Positions 1-14,440 of a stretch of DNA of 64,000 nt are shown here, piece by piece. The position numbers and the translations under genes were made by a program. The stretch is from the human T2T-CHM13v2.0 reference genome, Homo sapiens: NCBI RefSeq assembly GCF_009914755.1, contig NC_060928.1. One strand, written 5' to 3'. Numbering within the stretch: the stretch's first letter is position 1; each line of letters begins with the position of its first letter. The notes under the pieces were generated by a model. The model had not been told where the DNA came from. It worked only from the letters and a program-made list of their open reading frames with translations, and did no database searches.

Positions 1-338
<338 letters not shown>

Positions 339-2859
339 TAACATTCTGTTAATTTCTTAAGAGCTGATGCAAGTTAATTTGGCAGGGCAAGTTGTATATT
401 TATACACGGAGAGACACACACATTATGCACACTTGAGATTGTGAAATATTATTATGGCAAAAATCAGGAAAGAACCCAAGAAATAAAAGAATGAAGTTAA
501 GAGAGTTCTTTTGCTTATATTGTCACGGCATTCCCACAAAGTAATGAACTTACTATTTGAGGGTGGCTCATGAAAATCATTCTCATTATTTCAGTCATGT
601 ATATGTATTTATTCAATTTATTCAACAAGTATTTACCCTGTGTGGTATGCATATATCACGCTACTCACACCTGGAGACAAGGGATATAGACAGAGGATAT
701 TGACATGAATGATAAGAGCTTTTGCTTTTCCTTCCAGATTTTTAACTCTGGGTAGGTAAAGGGAGTACACTTATTTCCATGCAGGCAGTATTGCTCACTC
801 CATATAGCAAGAAGTACTTAGCTCTCACAGACTAAAATTCTGGCAAACATCCACTGAACCTTAGAGCAACTTCCTGAATCAAAATGACTCTAGATATAGA
901 ATCAACAGGACATCATTATAATGAAAGTATCCTTTTCATTTTTTTCCCTGCCTGTAGAAAATTTTGTGACAAAGGTGAGCTAAAAGGTTGGAAATGTAAG
1001 AAAATGTAAGGGAATTAAACAGCAAGTAAATAATTTGAAGTGATAATTTAATTTAAAAGGATTATAATGGCACATGGAGGCTCTTCAAGGTCAATTCTTT
1101 AGATAGTTCAATTTCAGTGTTTTTTTTTTAGCTGATTCGATTGAGGTCATTTACAATTTTGCAAGTTGGCTTTTTTTATTCTCAAAAGAATTCATGAGGT
1201 ACAGTTTAATTGAACTACCTGGGAAGACAGTGAATTTGATTATAAGCACACATAGACAACTACTCAGTTTATGTTAGCCAAACGCTATTCACTTCAGTGA
1301 TGCTTTTATGCACATACCAAGTTCCTTAGTAGCTGTGTAGTCATTGTCTTAGTGGAAACATTTATTAATTCCTACTGAAGAGAAGTATTATTGAAGAAGA
1401 GAAGGAAACAAGGGAAGGTGTGGTTTCCTCCTATCTGACTGTAACTCAAGGGACTTTGTTTTCAGGAGCTTTGAATTATCTGCAAAGCATAAAACTTTCA
1501 TATTCTTTTTAATAAGTTGGATTATTTTCATTTCCTAATAAAACTTATTTCCATCTCAGTACAGGGTGAACTTTTCAGATTCTGCAAAGATCAAAGGTCG
1601 AGGCTCTAAATCATTCTTTTTTTGAAAGTCAGTTTCCATGGCTTGTGGGTTTTACTATTCAGTCTACAGTGGACAGGTTTCATTGCTTCATGGTGCTAAA
1701 GAAATAGAATTTTTAAGAACCTAAAATGCTAAGGGGACAAAAATCACTGTTTAGAGAACTGAATTGTTATTTCCTTGCTTGCTATTCTTATTAATTACTC
1801 ATTTACTTATGCACAGAGGAATAATTTTTTTATTTCATCCCACAAATTCATACAGAAAAACTCTGCTTTGGAATGGAATACTTAGAGTAAAAACCATCAT
1901 TCATATAAACACTTATTCTTGGGTTTCATGTTTATGTCGCTTAAAAGAGATTGCCATCCCTGAGTAAACCAGACAATAAGTCAGAAACTGTCAGCTTTAT
2001 TAAATTTGGCTAGTATTTTTCTCCCTTGCTGAATTCTTTCTGGTTGAAATCAATCCCATGAGAATGCGGGTTATTCTTAAGGTGATTGAAATGATGAACT
2101 TTTGTGCTGGCAAGCTGTTACACTATGATAGTCCATGTCTTAAATGAAAACCAAATTCAGCATTACAATTTTGAAGAAAATATTTCAATATAAGAAAATT
2201 ATTTGTATAGCTTTTATTGCTGTTTCTATCAATAAGATTTATTCCTTAACACATAATTTAGTATTTTGAAAGTGCAGAAAATTTTCTTAGACTATTAAAA
2301 ATTTTCATTTAATATTCTTCTTAGAGAATATATACTAGCAAGAGAGTGAATTCTTATTTTTTTCTTACAAGCACATTTTGCAAGTATAAATTTTAACATT
2401 CCAATTTCCCCAAATGTTAACAACTTAAGATACTTAATCAGTAAAGTCATGGCAAATGTTGGGTCCCATCAGATCCATCAAACATCATCCTCATTATTTT
2501 TGACATCTTCATGATCTGCTAATATTTACTTCATCTGTTAATATTTTCCTCAAAATAATGTCTGCTAAATAGCTTTTCACTTGTATCAGACTTTAATAAA
2601 TTATATCACTTACTATGTGTCATGTTTAGTTTTCAACCAAATAATCAAATTCATTTTGACCTCTTCCTAAAGTTTTTCACAATCTTTCTAAATTAGTCTT
2701 TCTAAATGTAACTAATAAAGGAACATAAAACTGATAAAACTGCACAGTTTGGACAAAATGGGAGAGTTTCTAAGAAAATGTATTCTATCTTCATTTTTAT
2801 GTGCATTCTTGGAAAAATGTTCATCTTTAATCTAAATGTGTTTAATTTACTTACTCTCA

Positions 2860-3420
2860 TTTTCCCAGTCCAGGTCTTAATTACCCATCACCTTGGACTA
2901 TGGGAACAATTCCTTAAAGTGCTACTTGCCCCTCACCTCCATCACTCACAAGCCATTCCTACGTACTCGTATGTTGCTACTGCCAGTGATCAATTTTCTC
3001 CATGACTCTCTGCCAAAATCAGAGTAGAACTTGAGCCTGGCATTCAAAGTTGACCGTAAACTCTGCAAAACATCTCTTTTTGATCTTACTGGTCTTTTCT
3101 AATCTGCACAGCCTACATGCTCAAAGACAAATCATACAATATACCGCTTTGCAAGAACCCCATGACTTTACCAGTAGTATTTTTCTCTACCTGAAAATCA
3201 CTATTACTCATTTCAATCTGCTAAAATTATAATAATTCCACCAGGCTTTATGTAAATACAGTCTATATGCTGATATTTTCCTCAAGCAGAAATTATCTCT
3301 CTCACTTTTGAACTCCAATATTTTGTGTGTGACATGTAAAATTCAGTACCTTCTGTTTTTCATAATGTAAATATGCATTGCAGTTCTCTTTTAAAACTGA
3401 AAGTTTTCTAGAGGTAATTA
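2860..3420 (+). mobile_element. L2 LINE 3' fragment, highly diverged
   Basis: L2-like motifs CACCTTGGACTATG...GCCTGGCATTCAAAG in a pyrimidine-rich tract; boundaries approximate. Confidence 0.55.
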
Positions 3421-3619
3421 TATTCACTTTATTTTTAGTAGCATTTCATTTGTATTTTGTGACTAGCACTTTTGAAATAGTATTTTTTATAATTATTTTG
3501 CCTTAATAAATAATTTAATCATATTATCTAGCAAGTATATTATTCAGCAAGAGAAGTAGCTAGTAAATTAATATGAAAAATAATCGTAAATTAAAAATAA
3601 CTATAATATGAAACTATGT

Positions 3620-3870
3620 ATATTAATACCTAATACATTTTGGACTGTTATTTTGTGTCAGGAAGTGGCTTGCTAGTGATTTATATATAGATAGATAGAT
3701 ATGAATGCCTATATTAAAAGAATGGAATGGGCAGTATCACCCCTATTTTAAAGATAAGGACATAAAGTGACTCTTTTAAGGGGCACAGACATGATATTGA
3801 GGAGAGTGGCAGTTTGAACTCAAATCTATTTGATGTCAAAATGGTGCCTTATTTATTATCCAGAAAACAA
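3620..3870 (-). mobile_element. MIR SINE
   Basis: CCCCTATTTTAAAGATAAGGACA...GTTTGAACTCAAATCTATTTGA matches the reverse-complement MIR core. Confidence 0.6.
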
Positions 3871-4385
3871 AATAGCATTGTACAGACTCTTTAAAAACAT
3901 ATTTAATTGGGAAGGATATGTTAAAGCACAGTTAAATAATATTGATAAATAACTGCTTAAGTAAGTGTATGAAAGTACAGAGAATAAAAAGTCAATCAAA
4001 ACTGACAAGCAAAGGTCTTCATAGAATATATGAGCATTTGGTTGGCCTTGGAAAATAAGATTTAAATATGGACAGGAATGTGATAAGTGAACACATTAAG
4101 GAAGACACTTTTAGTGTAATCTATTGCACAAGTGGAGGTGCAGAGTACTAATAATCAAGCATGTCTACATTACAACGACAAGTCTCATTGTAGATAATTT
4201 ATGATTAGTTCAGCATAAAAATGGAAAAATTGTTTCATATTGAACTAAATAATAAAGATATTGCACCCACATCCATTGTAATTATGATATAAACATATAT
4301 ACTTCAAATATCTCTGTTTAAAAGTGTTGGTTTTAACCATAGGAAACTTTGATGATAATTATGCTGAAGTCAACTGGATAAATCC

Positions 4386-4733
4386 TGTGTTAGTCAGCTT
4401 GGGCTGCAATTACAAAAGACGGCATGGCTTAAACAGTAGAATTTTTATTTTTGCATAATTCTGGTGTCAGCATGGTTGGTTTCTGGATAAGCCTCTCTCC
4501 TTAGCTTATAGATGGCTACCTGCTCATTATGCCTTCATATGGTCTTTTATATGTGCCTGAAAAGAGTGCATTCTGGTCTCTTTCTCTTCTTATAAGAGCA
4601 CCATTTCCATAGGATTAGGGCCTTCCCCTCATGAATTTTATTTAACCTTAATTACCTCCTTAGTGACCCTATCTTCAGATTGGAGTTTCAGACTTCAACA
4701 TGAATTTTGGGGGGACACAATTTTGTCTATGCA
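4386..4733 (-). mobile_element. MLT1A0-like solo LTR (ERVL-MaLR)
   Basis: TGTGTTAGTCAGCTTGGGCTGC...TTAACCTTAATTACCTCCTT...TTCAACATGAATTTTGGGGGGACACAATT, typical of reverse-complement MLT1A. Confidence 0.85.
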
Positions 4734-4990
4734 AGTCTAATCTTCAAATACTTTGCAGAGAGACTAGAACTTTGAAGAATCGACATCTCTGGTGATGTCT
4801 GTATATGTATGTTCTCCATGCCTAGGAAGCATGGGAAAAAAATTACATGTGATAAGACTAATAGTTACCTTTCAATGAGTCTACACTTGTTCAACAATGA
4901 TGTATTAATGTAAGTCTCAAGGAAAATAGTAAGAATATGAAAGTACTAAATTAAGCAGTGATTTACTGTTTAGTGGCAATATTTTTCTTA

Positions 4991-5074
4991 AAACCGCCAT
5001 GGCATGTGTATACCTATGTAACAAGCCTGCATGTTCTGCACATGTACCCCAGAACTTAAAGTATAATAAAAAAA
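4991..5074 (+). mobile_element. L1PA (L1PA7/8-like) extreme 3' end, about 80 bp
   Basis: CCATGGCATGTGTATACCTATGTAACAAGCCTGCATGTTCTGCACATGTACCCCAGAACTTAAAGTATAATAAAAAAA is the canonical L1PA 3' terminus. Confidence 0.9.
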
Positions 5075-6309
5075 CTTTCTCTACCTTTTATATACAGAAA
5101 TCAAGAGTTAAAAGCTAGAATATATCAACAAATGTCAATACATTGGAAGAATATTTGAAAAGTCCATTATTTGCATAAGAATACACAGATTTTTTTTTCC
5201 ATTTGCACTTTTAAAAATTTTAGAATTACACTGGAAATTCTAATTGCTCTTGGTACTTGTGTAATTAACACTTACAGACACCCTAAAAAGTAAAAGAAAA
5301 ATAAATAATTTTCAAAAAATTACAAAGTGTGGAAACATCTGTCACCTCATAACTTTAGGCAAAATTGTCATTTTTTTTTCTTTTTCTCCGTATAGCAAGT
5401 TATTTACTAAATTTAAAATAAAATTCAGTTTGAAATATATATTTTGGTATTAACGTTTTTATAATTCCATTCATTTAACAACGATAAAACTAAATTGTAC
5501 TTTAACCAAAAATAAAATTTATTTTGTTTATCTATGCTTTGCAAAATTATTTTATCATAACTAAAATGTTCCTTTCTATTTTAAGAAACATAACTTAATG
5601 ATATTTCCAATGTGAATGAAATTTACAAGAAATCAGGTGTTCTAATTAAGCTGATTAGTTTTCCTTCTGAGTCTAATATGTGATTTAATCTTATTTCACT
5701 CAATTGAAACAAAAGATAAAAAGAGTATACCATTGTGAAGACCTTAATTTGATGCTGATTTGTAGTGACATCTTATCAATACATTTTTCTTTCCCTTTCT
5801 TTCCTTATTGAGCCATTATTTCTAGTTGTGTTCTTTGTTTCAAGATTGATTATAGTCACCGTTTTAGGGATGCTCCTATGCTGACAAAAACAAGAGTAGA
5901 ATTATAAAAATGTAAATCCTATCAATCTTGTATTTGTCATAAATTAGGCTGAATCTAAAGGGAATTTCACCTTAGCTTAGCAAATTCTCTGTATATAAAA
6001 AGTATATAATATTATTAAGAACACAATGTAAAAGACAATGTTTTAGCTTCATAAGAAAACAAACTACTTGAAATCATGTTGAAGCTCTGGCTTGCACTTT
6101 CCACAACACAATTTGTACTATATAGTGTGTAATCTCAAAGAGTGTGTGTGTGTGTGCCATCTTAAAATTATATATAATGTATCTTCACAGAAATGTCATA
6201 CTTATGTGTTTATATACATATGTATTATAAATATATGTATTAAATTTACATATACATATGACAAAATACAAATTATTCTTTTTATTATTTTTTTCTACAA
6301 TTTGTTCAT

Positions 6310-7735
6310 TAAATTTAAAACTCTAAACCTAAAAAAGAGAATAGCCATATAAGAAAAGATGAATAAATTGGGCTTTACTAAAGTTAATATCTCTTGTTCA
6401 TCAAGATATGCCATTAAAATGTCCAATTCACAACTTGGGAAAGAAAAAAAAAACTATGGGTAAAGCCTACAAAGCACTTGTATCTATTTTATAACAAGAA
6501 CTTCTACAAAATAAGAAAAAGACAATCAAGTTTTAATAAAATGAATTTCTGAATAGGTGCCACACATGAGATGCCTAAATATATTGAATGTATGAAGTAT
6601 GATCAGCATCATTAGTCACCAGAGAAATGTAAATTAAAAATCTTCATTTAATAAATAATAAAATGGTACCCTACAATTAACAAGACTGGGTAAATTAAAC
6701 TACTGAAAATACTGATTTTTGGCAAAGACATTGAGCAATTTCAAATCTTATAGTATTTGTGGCAGTACAAATTGATACAGTCATGCTGAAAAATATTTGG
6801 CATTATTAAATAAAATTAGTCATGCATGCATGATAAGGCCCAGCAATTCACTCCTGGTATAGCCCAAAAGAAATGAATGCCTAGGTATGCCAGAAACATG
6901 TACAAAAATATTCATAATTGTCTCAAATCTGGAACAATTTAATTGCCATCAAATGGATAAAAACTAAACAAACTTATTTATTTATAAAATGAAAACATCA
7001 TTTAAAAAAACAGAATTTCTGATCAGTACAACAAAATAGGTGAATTATTCCATGCATGTAATGTGTAAAGTCAGACACAAAAAAAGTAGAACGTGCATCG
7101 CTTTGTGTTGTTTTAAAATAGATAAAAGTGTTCTATGTATTATAGATGGAGGTCTGAATAGTAGTTCCACTTGGGGAGGAATGTTAATTGGAAGGGATCA
7201 TGAGGATGCCCTCTGCAATGCTGGAAATACTCTACATCTTGATCTAGGTGGAATTTTTTGTTTTTGTTTTTAGAGACGGGGTCTTGCTTTGTCACCCAGC
7301 TGGAGTGTTGTGGCACAATCATGGCTCACTGCATCCTTGATCTGTTGGGCTCAAGTGGTCCTCCCACTTCAGTCTCCTGAGTAGCTGGGACTCCAATCAC
7401 ATGCCACCATGCCTGGATAATGTTTCAGCCACCATGCCTACATAATGTTTTATTTTGTGTTTATTTATTTTTTATTTTTTGTAGAAATGCTGTCTCCCTA
7501 TGTTGCCCAGGTTGGTCTCAAGCTCCTAACTCCAAGTGATTCTCCTGCCTTGGCCTCCCAAATCAATGGGATTATAGGCATGGGCCACTGTGCCTGGCCT
7601 AGGTAGAGTTTTTGGTCTATGAAAACTTTTCATGGTGGTTTTTATGTACACCTCATCTTGGCTGTACATTGAGTTGAACGCTGAAGATTTCTGTGTATGG
7701 TTTTATGTAAGTAATGCTTCAATTAAAAAAATAAA
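6310..7735 (+). mobile_element. Old L1 (L1ME/L1MC-type) 3' region, interrupted by AluJ
   Basis: CATCATTAGTCACCAGAGAAATGTAAATTAAAA, CCCAGCAATTCACTCCTGGTATA and GCTGGAAATACTCTACATCTTGATCTAGGTGG motifs; resumes after 7600 and ends in an A-rich tail. Confidence 0.8.
7254..7599 (-). mobile_element. AluJ SINE with a 23-bp internal tandem duplication
   Basis: GGGTCTTGCTTTGTCACCCAG, GGCTCAAGTGGTCCTCCCAC and TATGTTGCCCAGG are AluJ-type. Degenerate TSD TAGGTGGAATTTTT / TAGGTAGAGTTTTT. GCCACCATGCCT(GG/AC)ATAATGTTT occurs at 7403-7425 and 7428-7450. Confidence 0.9.
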
Positions 7736-7737
7736 GG

Positions 7738-8030
7738 GGCCGGGCACGGTGGCTCATGCCTGTAATCCCAACACTTAGGGAGGCCAAGGCGGGCAGATCA
7801 CGAGGTCAGGAGATGGAGACCATCCTGGTGAACACAGTGAAACCCGGTCTCTACTAAAAATACAAAAAAATTAGCCGGGCGTGGTGGCGGGAGTCTGTAG
7901 TCCCAGCTACTCGGGAGGCTGAGGGAGGAGAATGGCATGAATCCGGGGGGGGCGGAGCTTGCAGTGAGCGGACATTGCGCACCCGCACTCCAGCCTAGGC
8001 GACAGAGGGAGACAACGTCTCAAAAAAAAA
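7738..8030 (+). mobile_element. AluY SINE
   Basis: GGCCGGGCACGGTGGCTCA...GATCACGAGGTCAGGAGATGGAGACCATCCTGG...AATGGCATGAA...GAGCTTGCAGTGAG plus A tail. Confidence 0.95.
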
Positions 8031-8104
8031 TAGATATTAGGAATTCCTAAAAGTCTTTCATTAGGAAGAGTATGAGGTAACTAAATATTGAAATTAAAAC
8101 ATAA

Positions 8105-8187
8105 ACATGTGCGTTTACATATGTATGTATATATATGTCTCTCTGTATATATATATGCGCGCACACACACACACACACACATATATG
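8105..8187. repeat. (TA)n/(CA)n simple repeat
   Basis: Direct reading of the sequence. Confidence 0.85.
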
Positions 8188-8418
8188 TTCCTTATTCTTT
8201 TTTCCTTCATTTATAATTAGTTTTCATCTTTTTTCATTCATAAGATCCTAGGCATTTTACCCACCTTTCTGAGTAATATTATCTATTAAATGTTTATAAC
8301 AGTTATTTTTTGTTTCTTAAACTCAAAGAACTGTTGTAATCAAATGAAATAATGATAACATTAACAGCTGTTGAGCTGTAACTATATACCAAGTGCTATG
8401 CATGTTGGAATCCATGTA

Positions 8419-8789
8419 CAGTCACGTGCTGCCTAACAGTTTTTCACTCAAGGACATACTGTATATATTGTAGTCTCATAAGATTATAATACTGTGTTTT
8501 TTTATGTAGCTTTTCTATGTTTAGATATGTTTAGATACATTCATACTTATCATTGTTTTACATTTGCCTACAGTATTTTCAGCACAGTAACATGCTGTAC
8601 AGGCTTGTAGCCTAATAGTCTATACCATATAGCCTAACTGTACAGCAGGCTATACCATCTAGGTTTGTGTAAGTATACTGTTTACTTACACAAGTGCAAA
8701 ATCACCTAATGACACATTTCTCAGAGCATTCCTCTTGTCCTGTTAAGCGACACATAACTCTATATAGTTAAGCGACACATAACTCTATA
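8419..8789 (+). mobile_element. Tigger3a (MER7A) DNA transposon with duplicated right end
   Basis: TA-CAGTCACGTGCTGCCTAAC...CATAAGATTATAATACTG...AGGCTATACCATCTAGGTTTGTGTAAGT...GTTAAGCGACACATAACT matches Tigger3a. Confidence 0.88.
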
Positions 8790-8794
8790 GTCAA

Positions 8795-8903
8795 GGGAGG
8801 CTGAGGCAGGAGAATCACTTGAACCCAGGAGGTGGAGGTTGCAGTGCACTGCACTCCAGCCTGTGCGATAGAGTGAGACTCTGTCTCAGAAAAAAAAAAA
8901 AAA
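8795..8903 (+). mobile_element. Alu right-arm 3' fragment
   Basis: GGGAGGCTGAGGCAGGAGAATCACTTGAACCCAGGAGG...GAGACTCTGTCTC plus poly-A; internal deletion after GCAGTG. Confidence 0.9.
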
Positions 8904-8924
8904 TCCATAAAAGCAAAGTAACCC

Positions 8925-9130
8925 ACTTCAGATTCATGCATTCATTTAGTTTTCATGTCTCTTTGATTTCCTTCAATTGTAAATAATTTCTCAATCTTCC
9001 TTTGACTTTTATGGTCTTGACACTTTTGAATGAGTTATTTTATAGAATGCCCTTCAATTTGGGCTTATCAGATGTTTCTTCATGATTAAATTCAGGTAAC
9101 GCATTTTTTGAAGAAATATCATGAAAGTTG
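8925..9130 (-). mobile_element. L1MC4/5-like fragment
   Basis: TTATTTTATAGAATGCCCTTCAATTTGGGCTTATCAGATGTTTCTTCATGATTAAATTCAGG, an L1MC 3' motif. Confidence 0.7.
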
Positions 9131-10084
9131 ACATCTATGTATAGGGTGAAATGTATTAAAATATTGACAGTCTTTCTTCCCTCCTACTTTTCTCAAGAAT
9201 TTGGTTCAGTTTTCTTTCCCCACCTCAGATATTTCCCAAGAGGCCTCTATCCAGTTTTAGAGGACCTTTTGTGCTTTGTGACACGGAAATGGAAGTAAAG
9301 AAAAGATTGAGTGGAAAAGCCATGAAGGAAAAGAAAAATAAGGATGTTAAAGAAGATTGACAAGCAATTTTGAAGCATGACCTTCAAAGTATAAGAAAAA
9401 TCTTCAGGAAAGTAAAGAGAGAATTTAAGTGAACTTTGTTGTGGCCTTTGCATGTCATTAATGTTTGGGAAATGCGAAGGAAGAACTTGATTACATGGAA
9501 ATTTACTTAATGGTTTCAGAAGTGTCTTCCTTTGCTCATAACACTCGTTTAATATTAAAGCCTATCAGATAATTACTGTACCCCGCCACAAAACTGCATA
9601 GAAATTATTAATATTTCCATTTTCCTGACAAGGCAAGTGACTGAATGTTTTAATAATACTTCTAAGGTTATTTGGGCAGTACTAGGCATTTCAACCCAAG
9701 CCTATAAATCTCTAAATACCATTTTCTTTGAGTACATAATGGCTTTTGTTTAAATTATTTCATAAATTGCAAAGTGTATACGATACTATTTTCCTCAAGA
9801 AAACAATTATAAGAATAAAATTAAATAGGACTTCTTTAACAAGCTAAAATATTTTAAAGATGTACCCTATGATTATTATCATCTAAAATAGTATATGAGA
9901 TGCTGCTAGCAGAAGGTAATCATGTGTTCTTCATAAATAAAAGGAGTGATGACCCTTTCATTACACTCTTTTTGCCTGTCAAGTCATTGGACAATTATAA
10001 CAATTTAGATGTCTCTGTCACTGAATTAAGAAAATGTAAAATAAGTTTAATTCTTAAAAAGATAATATACATGTACGCAGTGTT

Positions 10085-10620
10085 TTAGCTAGAAATAGTT
10101 TCAGCTGTGAGTGGCAGAAAACATAAAATAAAAAAGACTTAAAGAGTCGGGATTGTGTGACAACATGCTATTGCAGCAATAATTCTGTGAAACAAACTAT
10201 CTAGAAATTTAGTGGCTTAAAACAAGAAATTATTAGTTCACAAGCACACATTTGTGCATTGATGAAGGTCAGCAGCTCTTCTGTAGACATTTCTTACAGA
10301 AAAAGGGGATCAGTGCACCTTTCCATTCTCCTTGAAAAAGTGAACAAGACAAGTCATGGTGATGACAAATATAAAGCTATCAAGTCTACCCTGCCAAGCA
10401 CATTTGGGGCCTCAGCCTGAGTCAAGTCTGCCTGATTCACATTAGTCAGAACGTATTAATCAGAACATAGTAACATGGCTTCTACTGGTAGTAAAACAGA
10501 CTGGAAAATGCAAATGGGGAGATGCTTTGTCTAGTCAAGGAACTGACTAAATATCATTGGTTCTTTTAGTAAGAAAGAATAGGATAACTGGGTATTGGGC
10601 GCATTGAGCATTCAATACCA
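10085..10620 (-). mobile_element. Old MaLR LTR fragments (MLT1H/J/K-like)
   Basis: TTTCAGCTGTGAGTGGCAGAAAAC and AATTTAGTGGCTTAAAACAAG resemble reverse-complement MLT1 termini; very diverged. Confidence 0.45.
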
Positions 10621-11587
10621 CAGGGTCTGATTCAGGTCATCATAGGATCAACAATAAACTTAAAAAATGTATAATGATGGCAAAATCATGCAATGTCAAA
10701 GCAAAAATTACTGACGTTGAGATACAATAATTTGTTTTTTTTCCTCATGGGGGAAGGTTATTTTGATATTAGAAGTGAGCACCGTGCAAGTGAAAGTTCT
10801 TTGTGTCTCATGTAATACAAAGGGTAATAGGAAGACTGTCCCAAAGAGGTTGGTGGAATATTGATTTACACTCTTAGAAGGGGTGGGTGGCTGTGTGTGC
10901 TCACGCATGTGTATAAATGTATGTATGTGCTTATCTAGGCTATAATATTTTCTCAGATGCTCTGTGTATTTTGAATATCTTCCCCATCATTTAATTATTA
11001 GAGTTTATAAATCTACTCATAATTGGCAGCACCAATTACCTCCACAGCAATTTGAGAGTTTGACGTGTCTTCAGCGCACAACTCTAGGGTATACCAACCA
11101 CTTAGTCCTGCTTCACAGCTTGACTTGTTGACTTGTGCAACACTGTAATTCTAAACTAACAGAATCACGTTCTTATTAAGAACACTGTTTGAGAAATGAT
11201 GTTTACTTTTAAATAATGTTTATTTTGGGAATGACCTGTAGTTCATTGATTCTAAATTTTAGCTTTGTGTTACATCAGATTATTAAAGACAATATTGCTT
11301 TGCTTCAAAATATATTTTTGCGATAATATGTTGTTGGTTTTACTTTTTTTATTACAGTGTAAATATATATTGAGTAAAATAATACTCTCTATAAAAAGTG
11401 TGACAGAAATATCTGGTTATCCTGCTGTAAGATCTGTCTTTTCATTCTCTGACAATCAAAAACCAGAACTTAATATCTTTTCCCAAGAAAATTTTTTTGT
11501 GTGTGCACACACACACACGCACCCCATATAATACAAAGTTGCCTGGGGAGATGGTTTTCCATGCCACAAACACTTGGGGAAAAAAAG

Positions 11588-11937
11588 TATGTATCTCATA
11601 TACATAAGATATGTGTCTGATACATATCTGACATCTATACAAGATATATAAATATATATCAGATATATGTCAGATATCATATATGAGATATATATCAGAT
11701 TTATATATCTTACATATAAATATATCTATATGTAGATACCTATACATTAGATATATATATCTATATGTTGATATATATCTCTCATATATAAGATATATAT
11801 TTCTACATGACATATGATATATATTTATAAATAATCATATATGATATAGATATGTATAAAGATATGTCTTAATACATTTTAATTAAAATATAAGATATAT
11901 ATAATATAAAGATATACATATTATATAAAAAGATATG
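11588..11937. repeat. AT-rich low-complexity (TA/GATA-derived) tract
   Basis: Direct reading of the sequence. Confidence 0.85.
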
Positions 11938-12345
<408 letters not shown>

Positions 12346-12994
12346 TCAGCTGTGCTAGTAAAAAAGAGTTCATTGCATTTGTTGTCCCCTTGAGGAAGGT
12401 GTGACCCTTGGATCTATATATGTTTTCCTTTACATCCTGGCTCTGCATCTTCTTAATGAGGGATGAGGTGGGGAGCCATGTGGGCCTTAAACTTCTTATG
12501 CAACTCCTCCAAATACAAGTGGAGGTATGAAGACATGTATTTTGGAAAAGACGGAATTGCGTTATAAATATTAATTTCTGTAGAGTGTTTTTCACTAGTA
12601 TGATTTCTATGTCTTTACTGTGCAGGTTTGGTTCACTATACTGGATAAAATGTTTTTAATGAATATCTAGACAATATTTTCTCAAGTCTCGTTACTGGAA
12701 TATGTTCTGTGTTGGTTTTAATCCAATAACATATGAATTATTAAGTGCCTATGTTTTTTCTTTTCGTGAACTTCTAGAATATGGAGAGGCACGAATTTAG
12801 TTCATCTTTAGGAAAATATTACTCCTTTTTTCACAGAATAGCATTAGCAAAGTCAAAAATGCATCTTATAAGACATGTCAAATATGACTTTTTACCTTTC
12901 CTGTTTTTTCTTTTCTTTACATCTTCTCTCTCTCTCAGCATTGATATCTGAAACTTATTAGTGTTTTCTTAGAAAGAGAAAAACAAAGAAGATG

Positions 12995-13225
12995 ATTAAT
13001 AATAACAGCTAATACATTAAGCACATTGCTAAGTGCATTATGAAAATGGCCTTATTTAATTATATTAAAACCTGGCAAGGAATGCGCTCGATATATTTTT
13101 CCACTTTATCAATAAGCAGGAACCAGAGATGTTGAATAACTTGTTGACAATTGCAGAGTATGCATAACATAGAACTGAGTCTGCTATTCTGGATCATGTG
13201 CAAACAAGTTTAAGCTCTTATCTAT
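12995..13225 (-). mobile_element. MIR SINE
   Basis: AATAATAACAGCTAA...TGCTAAGTGCATTA...CAGAGATGTTGAATAACTTG matches reverse-complement MIR. Confidence 0.6.
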
Positions 13226-13967
13226 TCTATTTTGTCTGTCTGTACTTTGATTAGCAAAGCTCATGTATCTAAAAAGAAATGCCAGAATCTTTTTAATATT
13301 ATTTTGTAAAGTAGAGGGGTAAGAAAAATGCTACGATTGCCAGTAACAGAGATGAATCATTTTACCCTTGTATGGAAAAAAAGGGAAAAGAGAATCTCTC
13401 TCGCACTGCACACATTCTATGCTGTCGAATAAGTATTTGAGATGATAGTTTGCATGCATTACATAAGATTCATGACATACATAAAACTTTTTCCTTCTGA
13501 AATTAAGTTCTTTGTTACTGGAATTAGAACAAAGTTCTCATGAAAGACCTATAAAAGTGACTTTTCCAGTCTTCTACTACTAATTTTTACGCATATTCTA
13601 GATCTTTCCTCAGAAGGGAAATGATAACTTGCATGTGGAATGAAATATTCCATATTTCTAATTTCAAGGAAGAATGTCAATCTACATGCACACCCAAACT
13701 TTACCTGTTATCTGCCAGGCATACAAATGGATATAGCTACCACAGCCATATAGCTCCTACAAATTTCCAGAATGCCTAATATCAGTTTTAAATGTTATAT
13801 TCAAAGACAAAATACAGCTGAGAAAAGAACAGAAGGCTTATGGTTAAAGGAAAGGAACTACTGTGTTTCTCAAGCACGTATTCAAGGGTCAATGCTGGTT
13901 GATTGAGAATGAAATTCTCATGTATGTAACGTAATAAAGAAAATAAGGGCAATGTAAGGAATTCTTA

Positions 13968-14440
13968 TGATAGATATTTCTAACTATGCACTGGATGCCA
14001 ATTTGCTCTTCTTCCTTACTAACAAAATCTTAATTTAGTCTTGGTTACAGAAGTTACCTATAAAAACTTTTATATTCCATAATTCTTTGCAAATAGATTT
14101 GATCATGCAACCTAGACATTAGCAAAAGTGGACAGACTGAGTATGGAGCTTCTGAGAAACATAAAGTTAGAATGTGTCCTACACATTTCTCTTTTAGTTT
14201 TATTTAAAATGTGGAGGCAATGCCTGCTAGTACACCAACCATCTTAAAATAGTGAGAACTAAATTTTAGTCGAGAATGAAGCTTAAAACAAACAAACTTG
14301 AGTTCTTGAAAAATTTTTTTAGTAACTACACTCTGCCTAAACTACGTCTTCCAGATATTGTTTTTATAACAAGAAATTCTTACTTAGCCTCCCTAATATG
14401 ATTTATTTACATGCTGCCAAAGCTACTCCTAACTAGTACA
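13968..14440 (+). mobile_element. MLT1J-like LTR
   Basis: CTTCTTCCTTACTAACAAAATC near the start; ends TTACATGCTGCCAAAGCTACTCCTAACTAGTACA. Confidence 0.5.
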
